Source of the DNA: a virus
Lineage: Duplodnaviria; Caudoviricetes
IMG/VR virus record: IMGVR_UViG_3300036770_007283
Direction: 5' to 3' (one strand)
DNA: 64,000 nt
Below the pieces are notes generated by a model. The model did no database searches and had not been told where the DNA came from. It worked only from the letters and a program-made list of their open reading frames with translations. Of the stretch, positions 9,155 through 22,700 are shown piece after piece. The position numbers and the translations under genes are program-made. Numbering within the stretch: position 1 is the first letter of the stretch; each line of letters starts with the position of its first letter.

Positions 9155-12100
9155 TTATAAAGTACATGGGAAAGGGCCTTCTACGAAGACTCCTACTTCC
9201 GTGCTTCCGGTGATGAAATAACATTGATCATCTATAACAACTGGTGATTCAAAACAGGAGCCAATTCCAATTCGGCTTAAATCATCAACGCTTAATTCGA
9301 TATCCTTATTCTTAAATCCTGCTTTCTTAAGGTAAACACCAAAATTTAAAACAGTCCTATTGGTCTTGGTCATAGCATCGAATAGAATATTCCTTGTGTT
9401 AAAAGTAGCAATACCAGTATTTGGATTCAAATCTATGCCAACCTTAAAGATCATTCCGGTGCTATCATCTAGATATTCCACTACAAGTTTTATATTGGAA
9501 GATATTGTGAAAGAAGTTGTAGTGTCTGCATCTGGCTCAATTACAAGACCCTTTATAAATCCAGGAAGATGACCTAGCTTTATTTGCAAAGAAGTATATA
9601 AAGATGTAATATCTATACTGATTTCGCTACCAGAGACTATAGACCCAGGGCTAAAGCTTTTCATTAATGAAAGATCTTGTTCTAGTGGTATATTAGACCA
9701 CTTTCCAATATTATCTGCATTTAAAAGCACCAAAGGTATTATATTAAAGAAGTCTGTTAAAAAGTCGGTGGTTTCTGATGTAAATACCAAAGTGGCAGAC
9801 ACTATATTTGTTTTTCTTGGCAGACTAAATGGCAAAGTAATTATTGCTCTATCAACTACACTTGTTAAAGAATCTCTACCTAATGTTAATGAACTTGGTG
9901 AGCTGTCTGTTGTGTAACTTGAATTGAAAATTACTTCACTCAATCTAACAAAGAAAGATAGGCCTGCTGTAGGTGCGTTCTCTTGATTAATTTCAAAGCT
10001 CATCGTAGCTGGGCCTGTTCCAGGGTGCATCTCTGGGTTGGTTCCTATTTTAATATACTGCCCGAATGAATCGACAGTAGATTCGAACAACTTATCTGGA
10101 ATTACATAGTAAGCTGATATAACATCATTTATTCTTCTAAACCTAAAGAGTACATCATCACCTACAACATCTGGTGCATCTACCTCAAAGTTAAAAGTGC
10201 TAATTATAGTGTTTAAATTATTTTTAATAACACCACCATAGAAAAGCTTGGTTGTATAGCCTGCTATAATTTTCCATCCTAAATTAAGGGTTGCGGTTGT
10301 GTTTGCATTAACAACTTCCAAGGTTGCAAAAGAATAAACCGCACCATTTATTAAGGAACTAGAAGGCCAAGTGGTTCTTGTTGCCTTAAAGTCAACAACG
10401 AAATCACCAGTAAAATTTTGAACAGAAGCTGGTGAATTTAAACGCCCAAACCTTTTTCCTGTGTTAGAAGATGTAGTTAGTTCAAAAATCGCTGGTGTAT
10501 TTATTATAGCAGGATTGCTGATACTCACAATAGGATCATTTAAACCATCCAAGGTCCAATTATTAAAAGCATTGTAAGAAGCATCTATAAAGTTTTCTGT
10601 AATGACCTCTATTGCACTTGATGTATCAGTGGCTTGACTTAAATCCGTATACCCATCAATATATCCATCAACCAACGCATCGACGCAAATAGAAGCCACT
10701 GCTGTAGAAAACTTAACTCTTCCCTTTGTAATGTCCGTATTAGACCCAATATCTTCACAGCCAACCAAAGTTCCATCTGAATATCTCATAGCAGGAAAAC
10801 CGGCTGCAGTTAGGCAACTACCATCTTTTGACTTAAGGAAGCTGGAATATAAATCTACAGAACAGTTAGTAATGCTTCCTGGTGGAAGTGGTATTTTAAT
10901 ATTGGTATATTCAAAATCGCCATGATGTGGAACACCTGGGGCAGACAAGATATTTCCATCTGGAATGTATAGATCACCAGGTATGTAAGTTTGGTTTTTA
11001 TATATTGGACTTGCTTCATTGGTTGGGAGACAATCCGTCTCTACGCACTGGCAACTACCGTCTTTTTCTTCGATAAAAGAAGAACCCACGAATCTTCTTA
11101 AATCATAAATCTCAACAAAAGAAGATTGATAAGGTGCATCTATAAAGTCAATTTCAAACTCGAAAGATGAAAATGGTATAGATAGAAGCTTAGGATTATC
11201 TGCAAATAAATTAACTTCAGAACGACTAGTAATTTCAAAATTAAGACCAGTGCTACCATTAAAAGTAGTTTCTTCACCAAATAAATCTGTTACGCTTAAA
11301 GTAACTGTATAACCATCGGGTGCTATTTCTTTGCTAGCAATTAGGTATTGACTTCCAGCCCCTGGATCATCTAAAGTTAAAACATCACCAACGCTTATGG
11401 CTAAGGCAATCTCTTTGCTTGGTGAAGTGAAAGTTGCTGTGGAAGCGCCGACAGCTGTAGAACCTGTAAATAGATCATCCAAGAAAACTCTTGGGTAGTT
11501 ATTTTCTTCCAAGATGTTTTCTAGATATAAGGTTAAGGTTTTGAATTCTTCTGGAATAGAGAAATTTATGTAACCATCTATGGCATTTTCCAAAATCTCT
11601 ATATCAGTTCCATCCACACTTCCATCTAGATTTAGATCCGCCTTAATAAAATCAACAACGTCTATCTCACGATTTAAAATTTTTCTTTCTGTTTCTTCAG
11701 AATTTATGGTGTTGCCAACTAGATTTAGCATCTCGCCTAGATCTGTAGTTGTTAGCTCCTTATCATCATTTAGATCACCTGCTTTAACAACCTTACATTC
11801 TACCTTTACGATTCTATATCTATAATTACAATTACAGTTTATATCTGGTGTAACTACTCTGTTTATTAGATTTGAATTTAATAAATCCTGGCTTGGATTT
11901 ACAATAGTAATTGTATTTAGTCCAATCAACCCTGGCTTGTCAAGTAAGCCGCTGATTCTGTAGGCACTCCTTACGTTATTATCATTGATTTTTGCCAAAA
12001 GTAAAGGAATACTTTCTGATGTAATTTTTTGAAGTTCTTCACTATTAACAACAGAAAAGGATGGTGCATCTAGAACTCTGGTAAATACAAAGTTATTAGT

Positions 12101-13687
12101 TCTTGGATGAACATTGGGGTCGGAAAAGGCTTCTTGTTGTGAAAGTACTAGGTAATTATCACTACCTTCTGCTACAGTTCTTAAATTTAAATATCTTTCA
12201 AAATAAGAAATTTGTGTGCTTCCAACGAAATCTGTTGTTTTTGGAACGGTGACTGCAATACCGCTATCTGTATAAGCGGTTCCATCTGTAACTTCAATTG
12301 CGTCAGTATGAATTACATACCATAGTGAAGAATTTGAATCATTTATAAATCTTTTAGTGATGGGGTCATATTCTATATACTTAGATTGTTGCTTTCCAAA
12401 TCTTTCTAATACAGTAAGTGGTACGCCTAAATCAGACTTTTTATAAACCTTATCAAATCCTTTTTCTACGATAACCGTACCGACCTGGTTATTACCCCTT
12501 CTTGATATCAATATCGCATAGTATTTATCTTTCTTGATGCTTGGATCAATATTGGGGTCTGCAATTAAAGTTCCTGCAAAGTTAAAACTTACAACCTGTG
12601 GTGTATCATTTAGTTTATAGCCTAAGGTTTCTAAGTCTTCTTGGCTAAAAGAAACCTCTGCTAATGGTGTAACTTCTGGATCAAAGTCTATAAGATCATC
12701 TGGTACTGCATCTGAGCTGCAAACTACGCTTGTAACTAACTCATGAATGCTTACTACTAAGTCGCCAGAGAAGTCAAATTTATTTTCCAGCGGAAGCGTG
12801 GTATCGCCCTCTACTGAAAGTAATAAATCTACTCTTTGTATGTTGTTAACTTTAGATAAAAACTTTTGACCATAAGAAATGGATACTAAGCCAGACTTTT
12901 CAAACTTAAGTTTTTCGCTACCTTCCAATTCAATATAAAGATCATTAATATTGTTATTTGGACCCAAAGCTATTTCAATTTCTTCTTCCATAGATTTTCC
13001 AACGGAGGAAGAAATATAATTGTTGATATCAAAGTTTGGTGATTCAATTTGGTAGCTTGCCTTTTCTGATGGATATGCAGATAGTGGTGGTGCCACTCTA
13101 ACAATCATATACCCATTATTTTTAGAAATAAGGTTAAGGCTTTCTACTTCTGGGTCTTCATAAGTTTTACCTATGCCACCAGAAAAATTGTTAAAGAATA
13201 CGGCTATAATTGATGTGTAGAATTTTTTAGTTACAAGCTTAGTATTTTTATAAAATTCTAAAAATTCTGCAACTAACTCACCTTGTGAGTTTTCGCCATC
13301 AAAAGCTCGTCCCAGGATTAAAATCTTGGTTCTTTTCTTTCCCATCACTTCTGTATTAACTAATTCAAATTCTACCCTAGAACCTTTTACTGGGTCCGTT
13401 GGCTGACGGTCTAATGTAATTCCGCGACCATCATAGGAACCAGATTCTAGATAGAATTGGGATGGGTTTTCACCTGACAAGCAGTACTTAGAAGGAAACC
13501 TTGTGTCTAGTAAGATAACTTCTTCAAATGGGGAACCCCTAACAATGCCACTTCCATGAAAATCAGATGCCAAATTAGATACAATAGCATTATTATTAAT
13601 TTGCTCTGAATCTAAATCCTGCTCTGTGATTCTATGGCCATCATAAAAATTGACTCTTTTGGTAACAAGCCTTTCCTTCTTAGACAT
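9155..13687 (-). CDS. Baseplate-attached tail fibre-like protein with an internal dockerin-like domain
   Basis: The N-terminus RVNFYDGHRITEQDLDSEQ...FHGSGIV resembles the baseplate-attachment motif of contractile-system fibres. It is the last gene of the baseplate block and carries a paired EF-hand dockerin signature. The ATG at 13687 has a GGAG RBS. Confidence 0.65.
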   Translation of the reverse strand: MSKKERLVTKRVNFYDGHRITEQDLDSEQINNNAIVSNLASDFHGSGIVRGSPFEEVILLDTRFPSKYCLSGENPSQFYLESGSYDGRGITLDRQPTDPVKGSRVEFELVNTEVMGKKRTKILILGRAFDGENSQGELVAEFLEFYKNTKLVTKKFYTSIIAVFFNNFSGGIGKTYEDPEVESLNLISKNNGYMIVRVAPPLSAYPSEKASYQIESPNFDINNYISSSVGKSMEEEIEIALGPNNNINDLYIELEGSEKLKFEKSGLVSISYGQKFLSKVNNIQRVDLLLSVEGDTTLPLENKFDFSGDLVVSIHELVTSVVCSSDAVPDDLIDFDPEVTPLAEVSFSQEDLETLGYKLNDTPQVVSFNFAGTLIADPNIDPSIKKDKYYAILISRRGNNQVGTVIVEKGFDKVYKKSDLGVPLTVLERFGKQQSKYIEYDPITKRFINDSNSSLWYVIHTDAIEVTDGTAYTDSGIAVTVPKTTDFVGSTQISYFERYLNLRTVAEGSDNYLVLSQQEAFSDPNVHPRTNNFVFTRVLDAPSFSVVNSEELQKITSESIPLLLAKINDNNVRSAYRISGLLDKPGLIGLNTITIVNPSQDLLNSNLINRVVTPDINCNCNYRYRIVKVECKVVKAGDLNDDKELTTTDLGEMLNLVGNTINSEETERKILNREIDVVDFIKADLNLDGSVDGTDIEILENAIDGYINFSIPEEFKTLTLYLENILEENNYPRVFLDDLFTGSTAVGASTATFTSPSKEIALAISVGDVLTLDDPGAGSQYLIASKEIAPDGYTVTLSVTDLFGEETTFNGSTGLNFEITSRSEVNLFADNPKLLSIPFSSFEFEIDFIDAPYQSSFVEIYDLRRFVGSSFIEEKDGSCQCVETDCLPTNEASPIYKNQTYIPGDLYIPDGNILSAPGVPHHGDFEYTNIKIPLPPGSITNCSVDLYSSFLKSKDGSCLTAAGFPAMRYSDGTLVGCEDIGSNTDITKGRVKFSTAVASICVDALVDGYIDGYTDLSQATDTSSAIEVITENFIDASYNAFNNWTLDGLNDPIVSISNPAIINTPAIFELTTSSNTGKRFGRLNSPASVQNFTGDFVVDFKATRTTWPSSSLINGAVYSFATLEVVNANTTATLNLGWKIIAGYTTKLFYGGVIKNNLNTIISTFNFEVDAPDVVGDDVLFRFRRINDVISAYYVIPDKLFESTVDSFGQYIKIGTNPEMHPGTGPATMSFEINQENAPTAGLSFFVRLSEVIFNSSYTTDSSPSSLTLGRDSLTSVVDRAIITLPFSLPRKTNIVSATLVFTSETTDFLTDFFNIIPLVLLNADNIGKWSNIPLEQDLSLMKSFSPGSIVSGSEISIDITSLYTSLQIKLGHLPGFIKGLVIEPDADTTTSFTISSNIKLVVEYLDDSTGMIFKVGIDLNPNTGIATFNTRNILFDAMTKTNRTVLNFGVYLKKAGFKNKDIELSVDDLSRIGIGSCFESPVVIDDQCYFITGSTEVGVFVEGPFPCTL

Positions 13688-13726
13688 CAAAAACTCCGTA
13701 CTTTTTCCTAGAAAATTAATAGAGGT

Positions 13727-16700
13727 TTAGCACCTTAATTTTTTAAATTTAACTAATGCATTAGTATGAGCAGGTTTTAACCTATTTACCAAGTCAATAA
13801 TTAAATCTTCTACTTCTCCGTTATTTATACCAATAACTTTATTAAAATTATCTAAAACCTCAATATCAAAATTATATATTCCTCTGACTGGATCAATTAC
13901 AGTAGCAAACTTATCTATTTTATTAAGATCTGCATCAAAATCTATAAGTAACGTTGTTGCATCATCTTTTATTACTGGCATAACTGTATTTAAGTTACTT
14001 GAGTAATTTAAGTCTACTGCATTGCCACCGGAATCTCTAATGACAGTTCTCATAACTCTACTAAATCTAATATTATCCATTCTAGCATTACAGCTTAATT
14101 GACCAAAAACATCTGAACCAATAGAAACAAGCTTGAATTCATCAAATAGATTTATATTATATTCTTTGTTTCTTATCTGACCTTCTTTTTGTGCAAACTG
14201 GCCGTAGACATATTCAGTTCCGTAGATTAGTCCAGTACCATACGTTACGAAGCCACCTTCTTTGCCATCACAGAATATTCTCATTGTATCATAAAAAGAA
14301 TTAGTCTTATACATACAAACTACACGATGCCAAGTATTCTTCTTCCAATCAATATCAATCTTAACAACGTTATCTATTCCTTCTGCGGTGATTCCAAAAA
14401 CTAGTTGATTAAATTCATTTTTAAATATAGAAAATCTATCGCCATTAGAACCAAAGGGCACATAAGTAACTACAACGTCCACATTATGTCCTGGCAAAGA
14501 CTCTGCCAAATATACCTTCTTACCATCTGGTGATAATCTACATCCAATAGAGAAATTCTTGTCCGACCCAGTTCCGCCCTCTAATCTTCCAGAAATAGGA
14601 CTCCTAGATATTTCATCGAATAAAATTGTATCTGCTTCGCTAGATATATATAAATCTTTAAACTCTTGTGTTTTCTTAAGCAACTTAATAGATAGTATCT
14701 TTCTGGCAGGGTTAGGCAATTCAATGATTGTGGATGTCATTGACTTGACACGTTCTTGCTTTCCAGAGAATATATCAACATAATATTTTATTTCTTTGTC
14801 AATTGCCGTATCTATAACTGGGCTAATCCAAAGCTCTATAGTCCCTTCATCTTTTCTAAACTTCCCATCATTGTTTAAAAGTAGAAGACCTTTACCACTT
14901 GTAAAGTTTCCTGACCTCATAAACATATCATTTACACTGTTATTGCTCTTTGGAAATTCTTCTACGTTTCTATAAAATTCCGCTTCATTAAATAATGGAC
15001 CACCTTCTGCACGATGAACCTCATAGAATGTCTTTGTGGCATCATCTAAACTAAATCCCCAGTTTATCATCTTAGAAATAAATCTGGCAGAATCATTGAC
15101 GATTTCTAATAACTGTTCTTGCTGCGTCCTGCTGAGATTGTAAGTTATATTATTGTATGTATCTAAGAATTTAGTTCTTCTAAGTCTTCTTGCCTGCAAT
15201 TCAATTGGATTATCAAATCTTAGCAGGGTTAGGGTTTGACTATCGGCACAAGATGGATTAGATTTATTATAACCATCCGTTACACTTCTAGTTCCAGAAG
15301 TGTAAGCTTCTGTTACCCTAGTGTCACTTGACATTTCAGAAATAATTTTAAAGTCATCTATAATACCACCAAACTGCTCTTTCTCATTAAAATTAGAACC
15401 AATATAAAGATCATGGCCAATTTCTGGAAGATTTAAGGTTAGGTAAGCAGGATATTCTAAATTATAAAAGCCTGGGAAAATTTCAAATGGATAAGTTCCA
15501 AATGAGCCTACTGCACTTAAAATAAGATGGCCGTTTCTATATTCAAATACTTCAGCCCTTACACCACCATTATCAGAAACGGAAATTGGATTGGTTTCCA
15601 AAATAGAGATAATTGCTGCTTCTAAATAATCAGGATCAATCACTAGCAAGCTTCCAGCAATCTTAGTTACAGTTTTAAAATACTTCTTGCCGTCTATAGT
15701 TCCATTTTTACTTACAAAGTAAGTTTCTTCATTGATACCATCGGTAGTTTTTCCATAAATAGTTACTGTATTAATTTGACCATCTAGATAGCCATCCTGA
15801 TAACCATCCTCATATCCATCAAAGTTGCAATAGTTTATATTATCAGAATCAAAATATAAAGATAACAACCTTCCTAGATTTTGTTTGAAAACCAAACCAG
15901 ACTCAGAAGTTAAACTATGAAATTTTTCTGAGTTATCTATATTAATAACGAAGTCTACACGATAACCAAGACCGGTATAGGGTGTAGGGTCAACAGTACT
16001 TACGATAGTCTTATCTAAAACTATCCTTGTAATCTTTATATCTTGAAGTGATACGGGCTCTGTGCCATGACTTCTAATGACGCTCTTACCGCTGAATAAA
16101 GTATCGTTGTCATCATTCTTGTAAGAAGAAGATGATAGTAACAACTTTTGCTTGCAGTTTTCTAAGTTAAGCCCATAAGTCTCTATATGAACATCAATAT
16201 CTGTTGGTTTTACTGTCTCAACAAAATTACAATCACTATCCTCACCAATAAATTCTATAATTTTCTTATCTAAATCTGCCCTAAATTGTGGCTTAATAAC
16301 ATTCCTTCCTCTAATAACATTTATTTCGCCCATATTTACTGTATAAAAAATTCCTGACATTTCTTTTTTAGTGCCATCATTTTCAGTTCTAAATATAGAA
16401 ATTCTTGAATTCCTAATGTCAGTTAAAATATTTGACTTAATACCGGCAGTTGCTGGGAACTTAAAGTTAATATCGCTTGCAGAAACTTGGAAAGCAACTA
16501 TATCTATATTGTCACCACTACCCAAGGTAACCTGTGTAGAATCAATTACTGACTTAATAACATATTCTTTTCCAATTAAAGTTGGGGCCATAGTTGAAGA
16601 AACAAAGATGAGGCTTCTTCCAACCATACTTGGTGTAAAGTTTGCTTGATTTGACTTAAAGATTGCACCACCAGCGGAAATTGTACCATCTGTAAATGGG

Positions 16701-19700
16701 TTAAAAAACTGAATGTCATTAACCAAAAAGTCATAAAGAATTTCTTTGCTAACATCTCTAAATTTATCATTAACCCTGACCGGTACTTTTCCGCCAAACT
16801 TATAAATATTTGGTGCCTCTTGACCATCCACAAATAAGTGCATCTCATCTCTTTCTTCGATAGTGTTAAGCCTCCAACTTGCTGCAATATGATGAACTTC
16901 GCCTGGCTTAAAATGCTTAATGCTGGTAGCCAAATTAAACATAGCAACCTGATTATCTCTTGCTAAACTATCATCAAATATTCTAAAATTAAGGAAACCC
17001 TTTCCATCTTTAAAGATAGAGAATCTGCGATCTGCCTCACCAACACCAGTATCCAATAGATAGCGTTTTTTATCGGAAATCATAAAGATTTCATCTACAC
17101 CAATAAAGTCTTTATATCCATCATATCCATCTGGCTGAGCGTATCCATCAAAGTTATCTATGTTAAATTCAAACTCAACCTTAGAATCTGTACTTATCAA
17201 AATATCATTTGATTCTAGATTAGGTTTGCCAAGTACTTCCATTCCAGAGAAGAATAGTAAGTCAATATCTAGAATGTTTGGTAGCAAAGTATCATGATAT
17301 TCTTCTACGTCCATAAAACTATGGTCAATTAAATAAACAGCAATTACTGGCTCTATGAATTGTGAATTTTCAGAATAAGTTGGGGTAGTAAAATCCCTGA
17401 TCAATACTTGGCTAACCATGTAGTTATCTATATAAAAATAGACCTTTTTATCTTCCTCGTCTTTTACTATTCTATATTGATGAAATAGCTGGTCATTCCA
17501 AACATAAGGTATTGTATCCAAGATTTGATTGATTTCTGCATCAACAATTAGGACTAGTGGCTGACTAGCAGTGCTAAATGCTAAACAAACTTTTACATTT
17601 AGACTATGATCGCTAATATGGATGGAGTTTATGCCTGTAATATTTCCTGATGTGGCACCTGAAAATTTTCCAAAATTAGTACTTACTATATTTGGATCCA
17701 CCTGTATTACTTTCAAAGAAGATATTGCTTCAAATTTACCATTAGGACAAGAGTTTCTAGTATAAACAAGATTTCCTAATCCTTTATCTACATCAAGAAC
17801 ATTTGCTGAGGAGGGACCCATTCTATAGATGCCTTTTGAATTGGAGGTATTATAACTACCAACCTTTCTCCATTGAGATCTTTGAGTTTCACGTCCTCCA
17901 ACTATTACGTTTATAAAGTCGGAGTCTGAATCTTCAATCTTTGCCCATCCTGCATCTTCCAACAATTGATTGCCACAATATCTAAATGTAGCATTACATA
18001 GAACACCAACATCACATCCTGAACTTGACTCGCTACGATAGGATCTTGTTACAGAAGAAAATTCTCCATCAGTAGTGATGTTTCCGGAAAAAGTATGTTT
18101 TGGAAATAGATATCCATAGATATTCTTATATCCATCATTATTTACAACAACATCTACTGGGTAAAGCAAGTTTCTATCAGACCTCACCCTAAAGATCCAC
18201 TGGCCTGATTCTTCATCTATTGGTGATCTGCACAATTCATCGAACCAAATAAAAATTCCTTCATCTTTGTCAGCATTGGGTGGTTCGCCTACTGGTGACT
18301 TTGGAAAATCTTTTCTATTTAGGGAGAAGATACTTCTATTAGGATTAAAGCCTTCGGTTCCAATATAAACATTATTTACATCATATCTATTATAAACAGT
18401 TCCGTATGATTTAAGAATTTCTAAGTTCGATATAGAATTATAACCAAATGTACCAATCAAATGTCCTTGTAACTCATCAGGATCTATATTAAGTCCAATA
18501 TCTAAATTACAGATAGGCAAAGTATCAGTATAGAACATTCTAAATTGATTGTTATTAATTTTAATATCAACTATGTTTTCTTTTGGATCACGCTCAATAG
18601 TAAACTCATTAAACTTAGACCAATCAAGAATGTAGCTTTTCTCAAAATTAAAGGCCTGAATAGAGTTACTATAATCAAACTTAGTTAAAATGTCAGCAGA
18701 CTTATACAACAACCTTATGGTTCCATCTGGTATTGTTGCGTTTATATCGTCTGTACTTTTTGAAGAAAGTGCGGGGTTGTTAACGCCAAACTTTTTGATG
18801 ATAAACTTTTTAGATGTATTTGGGATAGTCTTTGTATTTAACTCATCAGCTTCGTCATAGAACCCAATTATTTGATAAAATATACCATTAGTATCAACCA
18901 AGAAAAACATTCCGGGGTCATCTGTTAGAATATTAACAGATGATTTAAAGCTTAGAAAGTCAAATGCCTCTACCAATTCTACTGTAATTGTAAGATCATT
19001 AAACCCGGATAATTCTTTAATATTATTGTTTATATGGCAGGTACAGCCCCTAAGTGGAAATGGTTTGTTATAATTTTGTAAAGTATCGGTAGTTATGCTT
19101 TCAATATTTGATGGGGTAACTTGTGGGTCAATTTCAAATATAAAACCAGGTACCTGGTTAAGTTGCAATGAAATTCCAGTTACAGTATTTCCATCTGCAA
19201 TCATAAAAGAACCAAGAGCATAATTAGTTGCTGGTGCAGATATTCCGCTTGGCCAACCTCCACCTATTAATGAGCCAGCACCGTAAGTTCCTATAGTAAA
19301 TCCTGCTTCAACATTTGCATCGCAATTTTCCAAAGGCACGGGTGATTCTGTAATTATTTTTCTTAAATCATTAAAGTGAAAGCCAACCATGCTTACGGCC
19401 ATAACTATCGTTGACTTAGTTTTAACCAATCTATCAAGATTTTTTTGTTCCTTGTAAATACCATATGCGCCATAGTCTAAGCCGAATTCTTGACTGGCAT
19501 CTGATTTATAATTGTAAATGGTAATGCTGGAACCAGTAAGATCGGTACTACCAACTAGCCTTGTGGTTGGAACTAACTTCCAATTATTTTTAGAATCAAA
19601 GGGATTAGTTCTTTCTTGCAGCAAGAACTTCTCTGGCCCTAGATTGTTAATATTGAAGGTCAGGGTTGCATCGTTATTAATACCTGCCCACTCTGGCCTA

Positions 19701-22700
19701 ACCCAAGTTTCTATTGTACCTTCATCAAGCGATAATCCAGATAAGGCTGGTACTTTTACAACAACATCATCATTGAAAATTAATCCTTGATTAAACTTAC
19801 CTTCACCAAACTTTAATACACCTTTGTAATCTACCTTGCCAGGGTTTAAATAATCACGACCTAAGATCCAGTTTCCAAAGACCAACTCATTAATATTGGG
19901 ATTTATCTTGGTAAAAGATTTTACTAACTCTTTATAGGAGCTGATCGTTGGTCCCTTTGGGAAAGATTGTAAAGTAGCCTTTATGGCATCACGATATAAC
20001 TCTCTATCTGTATTTACACCAAAAGATTGGAAAAATGGTATGTTAGTTAGGCTTCCAAAATTGACCCGTAAGGCTTCTCTCAACGCGCCGTACTTGTATG
20101 TAACATAGTACTGCTCCCCTTCCTGTAGGGCATCGCTAACGCTCCAATCCAGGGTATTATCACCATACTCATACCAAACCACTATTTCATCTGCCAGGTA
20201 AGAATAATCAACGAAGATAAACCCAAACCTATAATCAATAGCCAACGGAGTACCAATTGCTGGTATCAAATTTGTTAAGTAAGTTACATCAACTAGGTCA
20301 CCAGCAGTAATACCTACATCTGTTGGGAATCTTAAAATCATCTGATTGTTAGAAAAAGTAACGGTGGCTTTGACTACAATCTTTGTTGAACCAGAAGGAT
20401 CTACAGCCGGCAAAATAATTGTAGGATTGTTATCGGCTGGGGTTTGAACTGTGATAATAGAAAGAAGTGTATCTACTGCTAGAATTTCAAATCTATTCCC
20501 ATTTACATCCAATAAATAATCGCCGTCCGTATCCACAAAGGTTAAATCTATACCAGAACCAATATGAACTTCTGCAGTTCCGGTCTGCTGGTAAACTGCA
20601 GCTACTTCTAATCCGGATAGCTTGGTTATATTTAAATTCTGATCAAAAATGATTCGGTCTTGAACTAGCTGCTTTGCACTAACAAATGTGGTGGCATATT
20701 CATCATAAACAGTAATTGATAAAAGTGAACTATCATCTTTATCAACAGACACCCTTCTTCTTTGCTTCTTTTTGAAATCAATAACATTATCTTCGTAAGT
20801 TACCGAAGTTACATCGTATAAATTTCTTCCACCTTGTTTCACGGGCGTTAAAAGATCATCTTTAGAATATTCTTCTTTTCTATCCAGAGGGCTTGAAGAC
20901 TTGAGATTCTTTCCTTTTAAATCAGAAAGGTTGTAGATACTGTTTATAGAATTTATGTTATATGGAACTACGGCAGTATAGTCATCCAAAACCACACAGG
21001 TAGTTACCATTTCACCATCTTTGTTGTTAGCCTTGGTAACTCCGTCATATATAGATAAGGAATTTTCTAAATCTATAATCTCAATTTTTTCAGAAGCATT
21101 ATTTACTTTATCATAGATGATATTAGACTGGATTGCGCTTTCTGGACTATTATTCTTTTTGTAAGCACCAGATGCAGTTAATATGTTTTTATTCCTAGTC
21201 TCTACATCACCATAGTAATACTTAGCATTTCCTACTCTAATATCTTGACCTACTTTAATGGCAACATAGATGATTCCATTATAATAGTCAACTGCAAAAT
21301 CACCAACCTTTCTTAATCTTGATAGATTTTCTTCGAACTTAGTACCCTTGGTTTCTAAGAATGCACGTGAAATACCACCCAGACTGGTTTGTGATGGTGT
21401 AGTACCCGTGCTTATTGTTTCAAACCATTTTTCATTAGTAAAAATAGAGTCTTCACTCAACTCTAGTGATGAGTTAACTACTGTACCAATGCTATCTAAA
21501 TTCTGATTTAAAATTCTTTCATTCTGTAAATTTATTATAAAACCCTTGGTGCCTATTAGAACTTGACTTCCGACAGATGGTTTATTAGCCGTTGCGCTAA
21601 TTCCAGCAGTAGTGATCAGATTATTGGCATCAGGACTTCCAAAAAATTTAATATTAATATCTTGAACATTATCTTCTGACATCTCTCTAAAGAAGTAATC
21701 AGTAGAGTTTTGAGATATTAATTCTGCTGGAATTCCTGGATAAAATATAATACTATTATTAGAGGCATTTGAAACAATTCTAGTTCTAAAAGCTGGAATA
21801 ACAAACTCACCAACTACAACAAGTTCTTCATCCTGAATTCTTGAAAAGCTTGCTTCTTCAGAAAGGACTGTTTTAACTTCTGGTGATCTATTTCCAGAAA
21901 AGGCCACCTCGGTTTTTGTATGATATAATAAATTGTAAACTTCACCAGTGGTTTGGTTAAAGATCCTAAATACATCTGTTATTGGTGAATTTTTCGTGGT
22001 CAACCTAAATGACTGACTTAACCTATTCTCAACAAACTCGGGCATAACTTCAATATGACTTTTGGCAATATAGTCAACACCTTCTGTAAAGACCTGATCG
22101 TATCTAATGAAAATTTGCGCTTCATCGTTGGCTAGTTCACGATTAGGAATTGCTACGATATTTTGCTCATGTATAGAATAATCTATGTCTTTTGTAAATT
22201 CTTTTCTATAAAAATATGTAGCGATAAAGTTATTACGCCCAGTTCCCTCACCAATCTTTGATTCTCCAACAACAAAGACTTCGCCTGTGTTATAATTAAC
22301 GGAATATTCTCCAAGCTTAGATGGAAGCTTGCTAGAATCAAAAATTAATTCCTTAGAGAATGTTTTTGGAACCAACTCTGAATTTTCAGATAACTTAAAC
22401 TGTACTCCACGTAGTGTAACGATCTCATTTTCTTCATTTACTATGGGAGCATTGCTTAAAAAGAATTTGGTGATGTTGGAAGGAATAGGCTCATTATTTT
22501 TCTTTTCAACCCTAGAAACCTCTACCTGATCTTCTAAAATATATTTTCCAACATTCTTATAAAGATAGGATACAACCAAGGTATCTAGAGTAGATGGTTT
22601 GGGCAAATTTCCAAACTCTGATATTAAAACTTGATTACTTTCTAATTGATAAAATTTAAAAGCATAATCTGGATCATATTGATTGTCTTGAATAGAATAC

